A stretch of 64,000 nucleotides of DNA. Origin: Flectonema sp. DT1601 (lineage: Eukaryota). Positions 46,296 through 57,786 of this stretch are shown piece by piece. Location: NCBI GenBank assembly GCA_964019425.1, contig OZ025788.1, positions 992,001 to 1,056,000 on the forward strand. The letters run 5' to 3'. A program made the translations under genes and the position numbers. Under the pieces are notes generated by a model. The model was not told where the DNA came from. It saw only the letters and a list, made by a program, of their open reading frames with translations, and made no database searches. Position 1 is the stretch's first letter, and every line of letters starts with the position of its first letter.

Positions 46296-47895
46296 ACGAA
46301 CACCAACAAATATTTTTTTTCGGATCATTTAGGGGATTCGAACATCAGCATAAAATATTAATAAGACGTAATTGTCTCTGCAGGGATTTTTCAAAGTACA
46401 AAAAGCTGAGAAAACGGAGAAAGGGAAACAAAAGACACAATTAGCATATGATAGCTCCTATATGAGTTTATTGTAAAAAAAAAAAAAAAAAAAAGAGAAA
46501 AAGAGAAAAAGAGAAAAAAAAATGCATTTCAAGAAAACAAGATAAAACATTAAATAAATTATTGTGGCTGTTCTCAACAATGCAGTAGTGGAAAAAACGT
46601 AGTTTTCAGGCTGTAATCATATCTACTTCGACCCTTTTTTTTTGGTCTTCAAAAAAGTTCAAGGGACTTTATTTCAAAGTCTGGCACATCAGTTCCAATA
46701 GTGGTTCTCGTTTTTTAAAATAATAATAATAAATATAAATATAAATATAAACAAATAATAAACAAGTATCCAATGAAGGCTATGTGCGGTTCAACGGGAA
46801 CGGGACAGCGTTCAATGTCTTCTTCCTCTTTCTTTTTTTTTTTTTCCCCCTTTTCTCTCTCCTTTTTCTTTTTTTTTTTCCCTTTTGAACGCAAATACAC
46901 CAGTTTGCCCAATAAATGGCCAGAGGCTGCTACAAATTCCCTTACACGACCACATTAAGAAAAAGTTTTATACTTCACCAGCTAGTAACATTACTTGTTG
47001 CTCAAGGGGAGAATCGCTGTTGCGTTCCTCTAGTCTTGAGTGAGGGCAGCTGAAGACAGTTTATCGCGTTACAGACGCTATACCGCCAACGAAATTTTGA
47101 CTGTTGTAACGTGTTAGGCAATATATATACCTACATAAGGACAATAAGACAGATAAAAGAAGGAAAAGAAGAGATACGTAGCCCAGCTGCTGCTTCTTGT
47201 AGCTCGCAGCTGTCGGCAGGTACTCTCAAGAGGGATGATCACAACAAAATGTAACTCGTTCACGTATACAATAAAATATTAGGGCTTCATCCCTTTTTCT
47301 TCTTTTTGTATCTGTCGTTCGTAATTAGACGTAATAAGAATAGTAATAATTACTGAAATCAGATAATTCGATTCTCGGCACACTGACAGCCAGGTTTTTC
47401 ATTTCTTGTTACTGAAGAGAGAATAATACTCCCCCTCAATGAAAAAATAAAAAAAAGTTCAATTAACCTCGCTGGGTCCAAGTATGCTACTTGAGTAATT
47501 CAGTTTGTTTGTTCTTTTTTTTTTTTTTCTTTGTTCTTCCCATTCGTGAAATCCACTCGAATACAGCCGACGTTAAACTTTTAGCTCGCACATGTTTAAT
47601 TTGTAAGGCAACGTGTTTATGTTGTTGGCTAACATAACTTGAAAAATCTGAACAATAATTTGGGGGCTGAGAATACAGATTTAAAAGTAATCAAAAAAAG
47701 ACAAAGGAGAAAAGACTGTACATAACTTTCATACAGTAAGCCGAGTCAATTTCAAAATGAAAAACAATTTGTGTGAATACTTCTATTTCCACATCGGCTA
47801 CTGAAAAAGAAAAATAGAAAAGAAACGAAAAGACAAGACAAGATAGATATTCCAGTTTGTTTCTGTGAGCGAGGTATTTGTTTGGCCACAAAAAT

Positions 47896-47931
<36 letters not shown>

Positions 47932-48340
47932 GGAGGAAAGAGGGAAGGTAACTTGATACTGTAATTAAATATAAAGCAACTTGAAACTGGCTAAAACTAA
48001 AATAGGGTTGCCATGTAATATAATAACAACAGTTGGTATACGCGCTGTTGAATATGGGGCACGTACTTCACGTTGAGGGGTTGGGGGGGGAACACAATGA
48101 AAGAACAATAACACAACAAACTGAACAAAAATAAAGCAAAATAGCAGGGTGGGGGGTAGGAAGATGGAAAGAAGAAAAAAAAAATAAAAAGAAGCAATGC
48201 CTCTCTTCTTTCTTTATTTTTTTTTTTTTTTTCCCCTACTCCCACGAACGCCCCAAAAAAGTAAAGGAAAAAAGAAAACAGTAAGACAAAACGAACTGAC
48301 GGAATCTCTACAGAAGATTCTCCGATAAGAATACTACTCA

Positions 48341-51300
48341 TCAATCTACAATAACTTGCCTGACCGCTATTTCACCAGACCCACTGTGAGGTGTGTCTGG
48401 TGCAATATTGTCATATCCAACTTCCAACTTCAATCCCCGATGACTCTTCTTCTCCATCGACAATCCCGGAACTGGCGCTGGCGGTGGAGAACTCTGACCA
48501 ACATACTGAGACTGTTTTATTTATTTTATTTTTTTCTCTTCACATAATAATTAAATCAGATATTATTCAAACCTCCTGCTCATAGCTGCCGGACGCACTA
48601 CTTGCAGAAGAAGAGGTAAAGGTCTGTATTGGTTTATTTCTTTTTTAATTTTGTTAGCAAATAACAACCCAAATCATACAAATAACACATACATGATTTC
48701 TACTTACATTTATACCCTGATTGAGGTAAGAGTTTATTGAGGGTGGAGGTACGTTCCTCGAGCTGTCTGGAGGGGTAGCTGGTTCTACATTAGTACTGGC
48801 GGCTTGCTGTATAAAGTTATTTATATATGATGATAACGTAAAGTAAATATTCACACATTATAACACATAAAACACATACAGCAGATGGTTGTGGAATTGG
48901 TAAGTCTCCGAGTTCCCGAAGACGTCTCCGACGGTCATTGCGTTCATCATCAGCGGCCTTAGCTGCGTGTTGAATAAGCGCCTGTTGTTGTCCTTGATGA
49001 TATTCTTCTTGAATTTGCAGCATCGTTTTGTCTTCGGAGAGACTAGTGGAATTTGGTACTGCGGTCACTTGTTCAGCAACTGGTGCTGACTGAACTTCTT
49101 CAGAAGTTTTATCAACCAACTCCACAGCATTGTGTGAAGCATCAGTTTGTGAAATATCAGACGATTTGACTTCAGTACTCTCAGGTACGGTCACTTGTTG
49201 ATGATTCTGTGCTGCTGGTGAAGTTAGAACTGGTGGTGCTGGCGGGCTGATTTCGGGGGTTTCAAAATCTGTTTGCAGACTAGCTATCGAGGGAAGGTTA
49301 AAACCATTCGTAGTTATCCCATTTACACTAACACCAGGTGTTGGTGAATGAAGTTTTTGAGGAAGAGAAACAGGCATCACATCAACTTCTGCAACCGACT
49401 GCGATGACAATCGACCCGCAGGAAGTGAATGCTGACGAACAGAAGCGGGAGGGAGACCTCGTTGGATTCGAAGAACCTTTATCTGCTCTTTTAGAATTAA
49501 GATCGTTTCCTTTAATGATCTGTTCTCACTTTGAACAATACGAAGTCTCTCATGAGCTATTCTCCTCGACCTTTCTGATTCTATAGAATTAGGAGAACCT
49601 GGTGACGCACTTGAGTAAGGACTTCCAGGAACAGTTTCTGACTCACAACATGAGCCATCATACCTCCCTTCTCGATATCCACAACTTCTTAAGACTCTTC
49701 TAAGGAGTGGTGTTGGTAGTCCTGTTTCTTTCAATTCACTAAATGTAACGTCAGAGAAATCTTTTATTCCTCTGATTGCTAATTGTTCAAATTTACTCAA
49801 ATCATTCTCACCAACTCCACAAACTACTAAAACAGATTTGAGATCGTCGCTCATCTGAGAAGGCGCTGGATTGCTGTTGGTGGTGTTGTTGGTGGTGTTA
49901 TTTGCGGCGTTATTTGCGGCGTTATTTTCTAGTTGTTTAATTTGATCTCTCAGCTGCTTCTCAGTATTCTGAGACTGAAGTTTTGTCGTTTCCAGTTCAT
50001 CGTTGATGTGCGTAACGAGAGTTTGTAGTTCGTTACATTTAACGTCGGATGCATTCAATTTTAATATTAAATCACTACTACTGCTGCTGGCAGTATTAAT
50101 GTAGTCACTGTTACTGTTATTAGTGTGAGTAGGTGATGACGTCTGTGGGAGCATCAGTGGCGTCTGTTGACCAGTTCGCTGGGCTACTTGCGAAGCGTCG
50201 AAAACTTGTGTAATTACTGCCGGACTCTGGGTAGTCTGAGATAAGTGTGTATTACCTTGAGGAGTTCCCATTTGAAACTGTTGCTGTCCTGACACTTGAG
50301 GAACAACTGGAGGGGTTGACGTCGACGGGAGTGGAGGTATCTGTGGAGTTCCCTGATTCTGCGAAGGCATTTGGCGAGTCCCCTGACTGTGGTCGTTCGT
50401 AGGTTGTGGAATCACTTGCTGAGGTTGCTCAATTTCCCGTTGGTTAGATTGTGAGAGCACCTGAGGCTGCTGACCCTGCGAGAGCATCTGTTGAGTCTCC
50501 TGGTGGTCAGATTGAGAGAGCACCTGAGGCTGTTGTTGGTTCTGTGCTGCTTGCTGAGCCCTCTGATGGTCAACATGTGGAATCATTTGAGACTGCTGTC
50601 CTTGTGGGATCACCTGAGTAGAACCTTGCTGTCCCTGTTGAGGAGTTCCTTGGTGTTCAGGGACTACTTGTGGGAACATCTGATCAGTTTGTGGAACTAC
50701 CTGTGGAGTACCCTGAGTGATTACTTTCTGGTCTTGAGGATGTGGAGTTATTTGAGGACTCACTTGAGGCTGGTCCGACTGTGGGAGAATAACCTGCTGC
50801 TGACTCTGCTGAGGCATTTGTGGAGTTCCTGGCTGTCCGTAGACCTGCGGGGGCATCTGGGGGGTGCCCTGTGCATTCTTCGGAGTCTGAGGTTGGTCAG
50901 GTTGTGGCATCTGCGGCGTACCCTGAAGCTGACTGGAGACCTGAGAAACTACATCCGGGTTACCTTCCAACTGATTAGGAGCGCTCTGAGACTGTTGACG
51001 CTGGAGTTCCATCTGTAAACCAGCCTGTTGGACGAGAGAAGTTTGGCTGCTGAGTGGAATGGAATCGTTTTCTGGTACCGGTCGCTGCAATCCATTCACA
51101 GCCGCACTACTGGAAACAGACTGAAGTGACATGTCAGCAACGTTCTGACTGCTGACCGACAAGCCCTGTTCATCAGCAACGGGTTGGAAGTTTGTAGCTA
51201 CAGGAACTGCAGGATTGCCCAGCCCTTGTCCAAATGTTGCGATCGACATCACATCCACATCACTTGGAACTTGAATGGTTTCTAAATTGAATCCACAAGA

Positions 51301-54300
51301 CTGGATTACATTCTTTAACACACCAGAGATGAATTTACTCTGATCTGAACTTTCAAATTGAATCACAATATCAGAACTAGTCGATGATACCACTAACATG
51401 TTTGATTGATGAGGACATGACATGCGAGTCACGTCCTTCAACTGTAGCTGTTCAATGATAACATCACTGGTACTGCGTAATAGTATTCCAGCATCAGATG
51501 TGATTTGAATAGAAGAAGGAATCCCTGGGACACCTGCCGCCTGAAAACAAATTACTTGACCTGTGCACTTTAGATTCGTTGAACTTCTATTTTCAATATA
51601 ACTCGAAGGTGAAGTCTTTGATGCGATCGTACTCAAAGATGACAACAACGAGGGAAAACTCTTATCATCTCCTGGGAGGGCTATCAATCCGGTACTTCGT
51701 TCAGACTTTTCAGAAGAAGAAATAATACTCAAGACTGTTCCCATTGTTTTGTTCGTAAAATAAAATGCGACGACATCACTCACTTCAGCTTTATGTACAA
51801 TCCCAGGCCGAACTGGGTCACCCTCCGGCATTGCGACAATAAAGGTCGACGCTGTTAATACCGCACAGCATTGAACACTACATGTTGTTGAATTGCAGTC
51901 AATAATACACAAAGGATTACCATAAATTGAAAATAACGATGACAACCATTTCTTGTCGTCATCTAAAATAACAGCAGCTAACCCTGTAACTGGGCACTCT
52001 GTACCAAGAGCGTAAGGAGCTATTGATGCGCGTCTTTTTTGAGGAGCAGTTCTGTGAGTTCGAAGTTCATCCAGGCTTTGCGTCTCTATATAATCAGCTG
52101 ACAGTACTCTTGCCTGTAGAATGCTCTGCAATACAGATAACAAACTTGGTACGTCCGTGTCAGTTACTGAGAACCACATGTCTGGATCTCCTATTTTGCT
52201 AGTCAGTAAGAAATGCTGAGTCGAGAAATATATAATTTCTTTGATCTGCTCGTGAGGTAAGAATCGCTTGACTTGACGGCCACTAGGCTGAGTGAGATCA
52301 CAGGCAACAATAAAGTGAGCTGTAACGATAAGAGTGCGGTGATGACTTATAAATGATCCGACGGGGTTGACGACATCCTTGTGTCGATCTACAGAAGCTT
52401 TGTATAAAATTATACAATTCGCAAGACTTTGATCGCAGTTTGGTGGATTTGGAACTCTCTCCAAGCAGCTCAACTTTTGCATCGCCTCCAATGACAGAGG
52501 AGTAGCACTGTTTAGCAACGTTGGAGAAACAGGCGGACTTTCCCCAGAGTCGTACTTCTTTCCTTTTAATGCGCTATTCAATCTCATTGGGGATTGTATA
52601 TCAGATGATCGTGAGTCTTTTCTTTCAAGAGGGGAGTCAGCGAGTTGCTGTAATTCATGAGGTGCTACTTTTCTAATAATTACAACATCCGAATGAGAGA
52701 TTTCTTTCCAAACTGCTTCAGCTACTTCAATAAAACGACTCTGACTCACTTCTTGTTGCATTCCTCTGGTACATTGTGAAAATAATATATCATCTTCATA
52801 CTGATTACCCCTGACTAATATTTGAAAATATGGTCGTTCTTCAACGCCTTCTATGGAGGCGTAGAGGATTTCTTGTATCTTAGAAAAGTGAAGTGTAGAT
52901 TTTATTTCAGAACCATCAGGAAGATAAACCAATAAAGCATCGTGAGTGAGTACCAACAAACGATTAGTTGTCGCTCCGCTTTGTTGTTGATGCTTGACAA
53001 TCATTCTCATGAATGAGAGAGTTTCGGTATCCGGTAGATCTTTCATCCATGATGGACGGGCTAGTATTGGGATCTTTGATCCCATAGGTGTATTACCTCG
53101 ACTCGGTATCGGTGATTCACCCTCTCGAATTACTCTCAAATTATTTCCATTCGCACGTGCTATTCTCGACATTAAATCGCAAAGTTTATTTGTTTCACTG
53201 ACGGTATCCAATCCGGTGTATTCATTTCTGCTGTCGTTTACTAGTTCCACTGTAATGGATCCCATAATTATCTTTTTACCGTCCACCATTTTTATTGTCA
53301 TCAGTTGTCCAAATTTCATTGAGGTTATCATTGCTTTTTCTGGTACGGTTGCGAAATTTATTCCGGTTCCCGTTATCAGTAGAGCAGCACGTTGCGTTTG
53401 CTTATCGGAAGTCGTCACGTCAACGATTCTTGCGTATCTGTTTTTTTTTTTTTTGTTTTTTTTTTTGAGTATTTTGTTTTTCTTTGTTTTAGATAAAATA
53501 AAAACACAACCTCCTGATAGAGATAACACATACCTTATGCTATGATTAGGTTCATTAAATGCTGAGAAAACACCCGAAAGCTTTATAGGTGGAGGTAGGA
53601 GCTGAGGTGTTGAAGTTGAGGGTGCTGTGCTATACATCGAAGAATTGAAAGATTCATTCGGAGATCCAACCTCAGAGACAAGAGCACCGAAGGCAGTGTC
53701 AACAGGTGGACATGACTTTCCTCGATTTTTACCTTGTACCGAAGGATATCCTTGAGTACTTGTTGCGGGGGATGACGGTGATAAGCTGGCAGTTGGCGAG
53801 CTACTTTTACTGCGAGATCTAAAACTATTTAAGGCCCGTGAAAGAGGAGATCCAGAATCTGACCCATCTGGACCTAGTGATCTACGCCGAACATCTAATC
53901 GTTTGTGAGGTGATTGGCTCTTTTCAGCTTTTCCTTTTTCAAGTTGAGCCTCAGCAGTCAACCTGTCAAGAGACGGAGCTTTGAAATATTTAACTGAAAC
54001 ACCGCGAGTATGTAGAATTTTACGAAGAACAGTCAGAAATGAATCTTGAGGTAGTGCTCCATTTCTTGGATCACTACATTGACTGAACATTAAATCACAC
54101 TCATCATGTCTTTGATTGTTTCGTTCAGTTGGATTAAATTTTAATAAAAACGAAAGCTGACCTGTTTTCGCATCTTCAAAATAAACCACTTCACGCATGG
54201 TGTCAATAGGAACAAATTTCTTAATCTTAGGAGGGTCCTTCAACTCACACAGTACTAAATTAGTGTACCGCAACACTAAAACTCTCTTTTGCCCAAACCC

Positions 54301-54420
54301 CCTGCTACTTCTTTTTTCTACTACCCTCAAGAATAGACATGTGCTGCTTTTAAATTGTGGCAATTTTTCGAGCCCCGCAATTGGCAGGTCCGTGTGCGGG
54401 CATTTGGGCACCGTTTCCAT
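48341..54420 (-). CDS. Giant protein with repeated PH-like modules, Q/P-rich region, coiled coil and SAM-like domain, 5 exons
   Basis: Repeated R.L(V/I)(L/V)T....(V/L)..D...(I/V)K....I.EI modules; QGTPQ repeats; DLKSVL..G....KF..I..F..ELKETGLP (SAM-like). Introns 53438-53533, 48807-48879, 48624-48692 and 48512-48572. ATG at 54420. Confidence 0.75.
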
Positions 54421-54427
54421 GATTGCC

Positions 54428-54460
54428 CTGGTAGGAAGAGTGGGGTGAAAAAAAAAAAAA
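54428..54460 (-). promoter_or_regulatory. Putative spliced-leader trans-splice acceptor (polypyrimidine tract plus CAG)
   Basis: Poly-T followed by CACCCCACTCTTCCTACCAG, 7 nt before the ATG. Similar sites lie at 4687, 6439, 12591, 24956, 33491, 43950 and 60722. Confidence 0.6.
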
Positions 54461-56441
54461 TGATATTTTGCTTTCACTAATTACAGTGAAATGTGAGCTA
54501 AAGAGGTTCTTACGTCTGAGGGATGTATTTAAATGCTGCTGTAGCGAACGAAGTAATTAATTCCTAATCGTGACCGAACATTATTTTTTTTTTTTTACTG
54601 CAGTTAAAAAGTTTCGGGACGCATTCCATCCCGTTGTTTTATTTTACCCGAGTGGTTTTTTTTTTTTTTTTTTTTTTTTTTCTTCTCGTTTCTTTTTGTC
54701 ATCATTTCGTGTTTCGTTATGTAGGTTCCCCCTCCCCTCCTTCACTCTGCTCGGGTTCTTGTTTGACCTACGGCCAAATAAAGGCAATAATACGAGTTGT
54801 TGCTGAGGCTGGCAGGGCTGTATCTGTACTTTTTTTTTTCTTCTCCTTCCATTTGTTGTTATTCTTGTAATCTTCGAGTGAGTGCAAGTAAGGTCCAACT
54901 TATCTTCAATTTTGGAACTCGTGGGGAGGGACCACTCTTTTATTGAAAAAAGTTTTTTTTCTCATTATTTTTTTTTCCCTTCTTTTTTTATATATCTGTA
55001 ATCTCTCTTTGTGCGTTTTTTTTTTTTTTTTTTTTTTTCTTTTCAATTTTTCTTTTCTTTTCTTTTCAACACGAGATATCGAGAGGCTTTAAAAAGAAAA
55101 GAAAAGGGGAAAAAAAAAAAAAAAAAACAAGAAACGTAAAACATAGATCCCACTTACCGGTATTCAGATGCGTGGTATGAGTCTCTGCTATGAATTACAT
55201 CCGCCTACAATGCAGTTGGCTCAAAAAAAAGAAAAAAAAAGGAAAGCTATTTATTTCTTGTTCAGCAAGCGCGGTGGGAGTGGAGGAAGGAAAATGGGAA
55301 CGGGAAAAAAGAAAAAGAGAGCGGGAAATCAATTGCAAACACTTCTCCTTCCTCACGTATATCGTAAGCACGATAAATAAAAGTTACTGGCTTTTTCTTT
55401 TTCTTTTCTTTTTTTTTTTTTTTTTTTCTCAGCTTGAGACTCAAGAAGTTTTAAAAAAAAAAAATTAAAAAAAAAAGGATTCGACCAATAGCGTTTACAC
55501 TGTATTTTTTTTTTTTTTTTTTTTTTCCTTGCTTTTTGCGATCTTTTGAAAAACAAAGGTATCTCGAGATTTGAGAGAGAAAGAGAGAGAGAAGGGGAGA
55601 AAAAGGTACCAGGAACACTGCATGGTCATCCGGTACCCCGTAATGCTGTCATTAAATTATTTTACATTAGATTTGAACAACTGGCATAGCTAGAGCGCAA
55701 GTAGTACTTTATGATATCCCTGCAACATTACACCAATAGTGTTGCACTCAGCCGTGGTTGACTTAAACTAAAAGAGGTGCAGTTTAAAATAAGGAGATAA
55801 AAAAAAGTGAAGAAAGTGTTGCAACTGGGAAGGGGTAAGGGAAATATTGAATTTTTTTTTTTTTCTTCTTTTTTTTTTCAGAGAAAAAAAACTAAACGCC
55901 TGGCATCCACCTTGTTTGTTTTATTTCTCCCACCACTATCATTTGTTCACTACCGTTCGTCCAGAATATATATTTTTTTTTTTTCTTTTCAATTCAAACC
56001 CACAAAAAAAAAGCAAAGTGTATGTGTCTATAAAAACATGGATTTTGGGAGGGTGTGATCAAACGCTAATTTTTTTTTTTTTATTTTTTTTTTCCCTCAA
56101 AAATCTCGTGCACATCCTGTCCCGTACCAACTACTGTCACCTTCCTGTGAATTTGTGCGAGTCGAAGGAACTAACAGAGTGAGAAGCTCTACTGAAGTAT
56201 TACAACGTAGAAAGATCTCAGTGACGTCATAGGCGGTGTTTCCGCCAGCCCACACATCACCCGATTGTGATAAAACAACACGACAATAAAAGCAACGAGT
56301 TAAGGCGTTGGAGTGTATTATGCGCAGAAACGATTTTTTTTTATTTCCCCCTATTTTTTTCAGATTCTTTTTCTTTTCTTTTTATTTTTTTTTTTTTGTT
56401 CTTTTTCTTTTAAACCACTTAATGCGAGCAGTCTGGTCGTC

Positions 56442-56478
<37 letters not shown>

Positions 56479-56758
56479 CGTATTTTAGCTTCGACAGCTT
56501 TCGGCTGCGTTGTACTTCTCCGCCCCTTCAGAAACAGAAATGTAGCTATGAGGAAAGCAATTCCGGTCAATCGGAAATGATTTGTTTTTTTAAAAAGAAA
56601 GAGGAAAAAAAAAAGAAAGAAAGGTCGTATGTGTGATTGTATTTGCAACATATCCCGTCAATATTTTTTTTTTAACCCGCAGTGCTTTTTTTTCAAATAA
56701 CGAAATGCAAACAAGATTAAAAAGAAAGTTAAGTCCTCAGGGTTGCTGCCTTTCCTTT

Positions 56759-56789
<31 letters not shown>

Positions 56790-57786
56790 GTTTTTTAAAT
56801 TTAGATTCCTACTTTTTTTATATTTTTTTTTTTTCAAATTCAAAAAAAAAAAGAAGAAAAAAAATGCATAAAGATTTGAAGGACGATCATCATAAAGTTC
56901 ACCGTTCAGCTGTCACTAAGCATCCCGGGCAGATTAAGGTCCAGCAGTGGAGTGGAAAAAGAAAAAATGGGGAGGGGAAATTGTGTGGTTGAAGGGAATT
57001 TTCAAAAAAGGTAAAAAAAATACTCACGGAATCTCATAAAACAGGATGTATAGATTACCCAGCTCTGCAAGCTGAGGTCACCCAAAGAATAACTGAAGGG
57101 GCAAGCTTGGAGAAGGTGTGGCACTATAACACTAATGAAAGAAGAAAATGAATTTCTTTATTTTTTTTATTTTTTCGAACCCCTCCCACCAAACCCGAAA
57201 GCAGACAGTCGACTGGATTTTTTTTTCCTTTTTGTTTTTTTTTTTAATTTTCTTTTATTCGGATAGGTTTGGGTGTGTTTTTTTTTCTTTTTTTTTTTTC
57301 TTTTTTTTTTGTTTGTTTGTTTTTCCCACAACACGTCTGTATGTGTAACTTTTTTGCTCCCCTTCACTGAATTCCATTTGTATTTCTTTTTTTTTTTTTT
57401 TTTTTTTCTCTCTTCCATGAAAAACAGTTCTTGTAACCGAACGTGCCTACGGACGCACTCCAAGTCTGTCCAACAGGCCGCCCAATGCACCCCTTGGGTA
57501 TTACAAGAGATAAAAAAAAAATTATTTTTTTTCCAAAAAAGAAAAAGGAATTCATGGACGAAAGGAGAGGAGAAAAGACAAATGGGCAGAAAAGCAAGCA
57601 ACCTGAAAAAGCTTCCCCGTTCGAAGAATGTTAGCTTGCGACTGGAGTCACAAGCAGTCCAAGAGGCAGCATGAGGTAATTGAGTGCAGCTTTGTGAAAA
57701 AACAAGGGAACTGACAGGATGCAGGCGGACATGAATTTAAAAAGATTAGATATGTCGCAAAGAAAATACGGGAATTGAAAATGTTT

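Noticed and set aside
47001..47040. 40-nt bulged hairpin as a possible single-hairpin H/ACA-like RNA
   Set aside because: Too short, the pocket-to-box spacing is poor, and there is no independent support.
54570..57674. Many short poly-Phe/poly-Lys ORFs (also 12761-16984 and 45506-48344)
   Set aside because: Artefacts of poly(T)/poly(A) runs in non-coding DNA.
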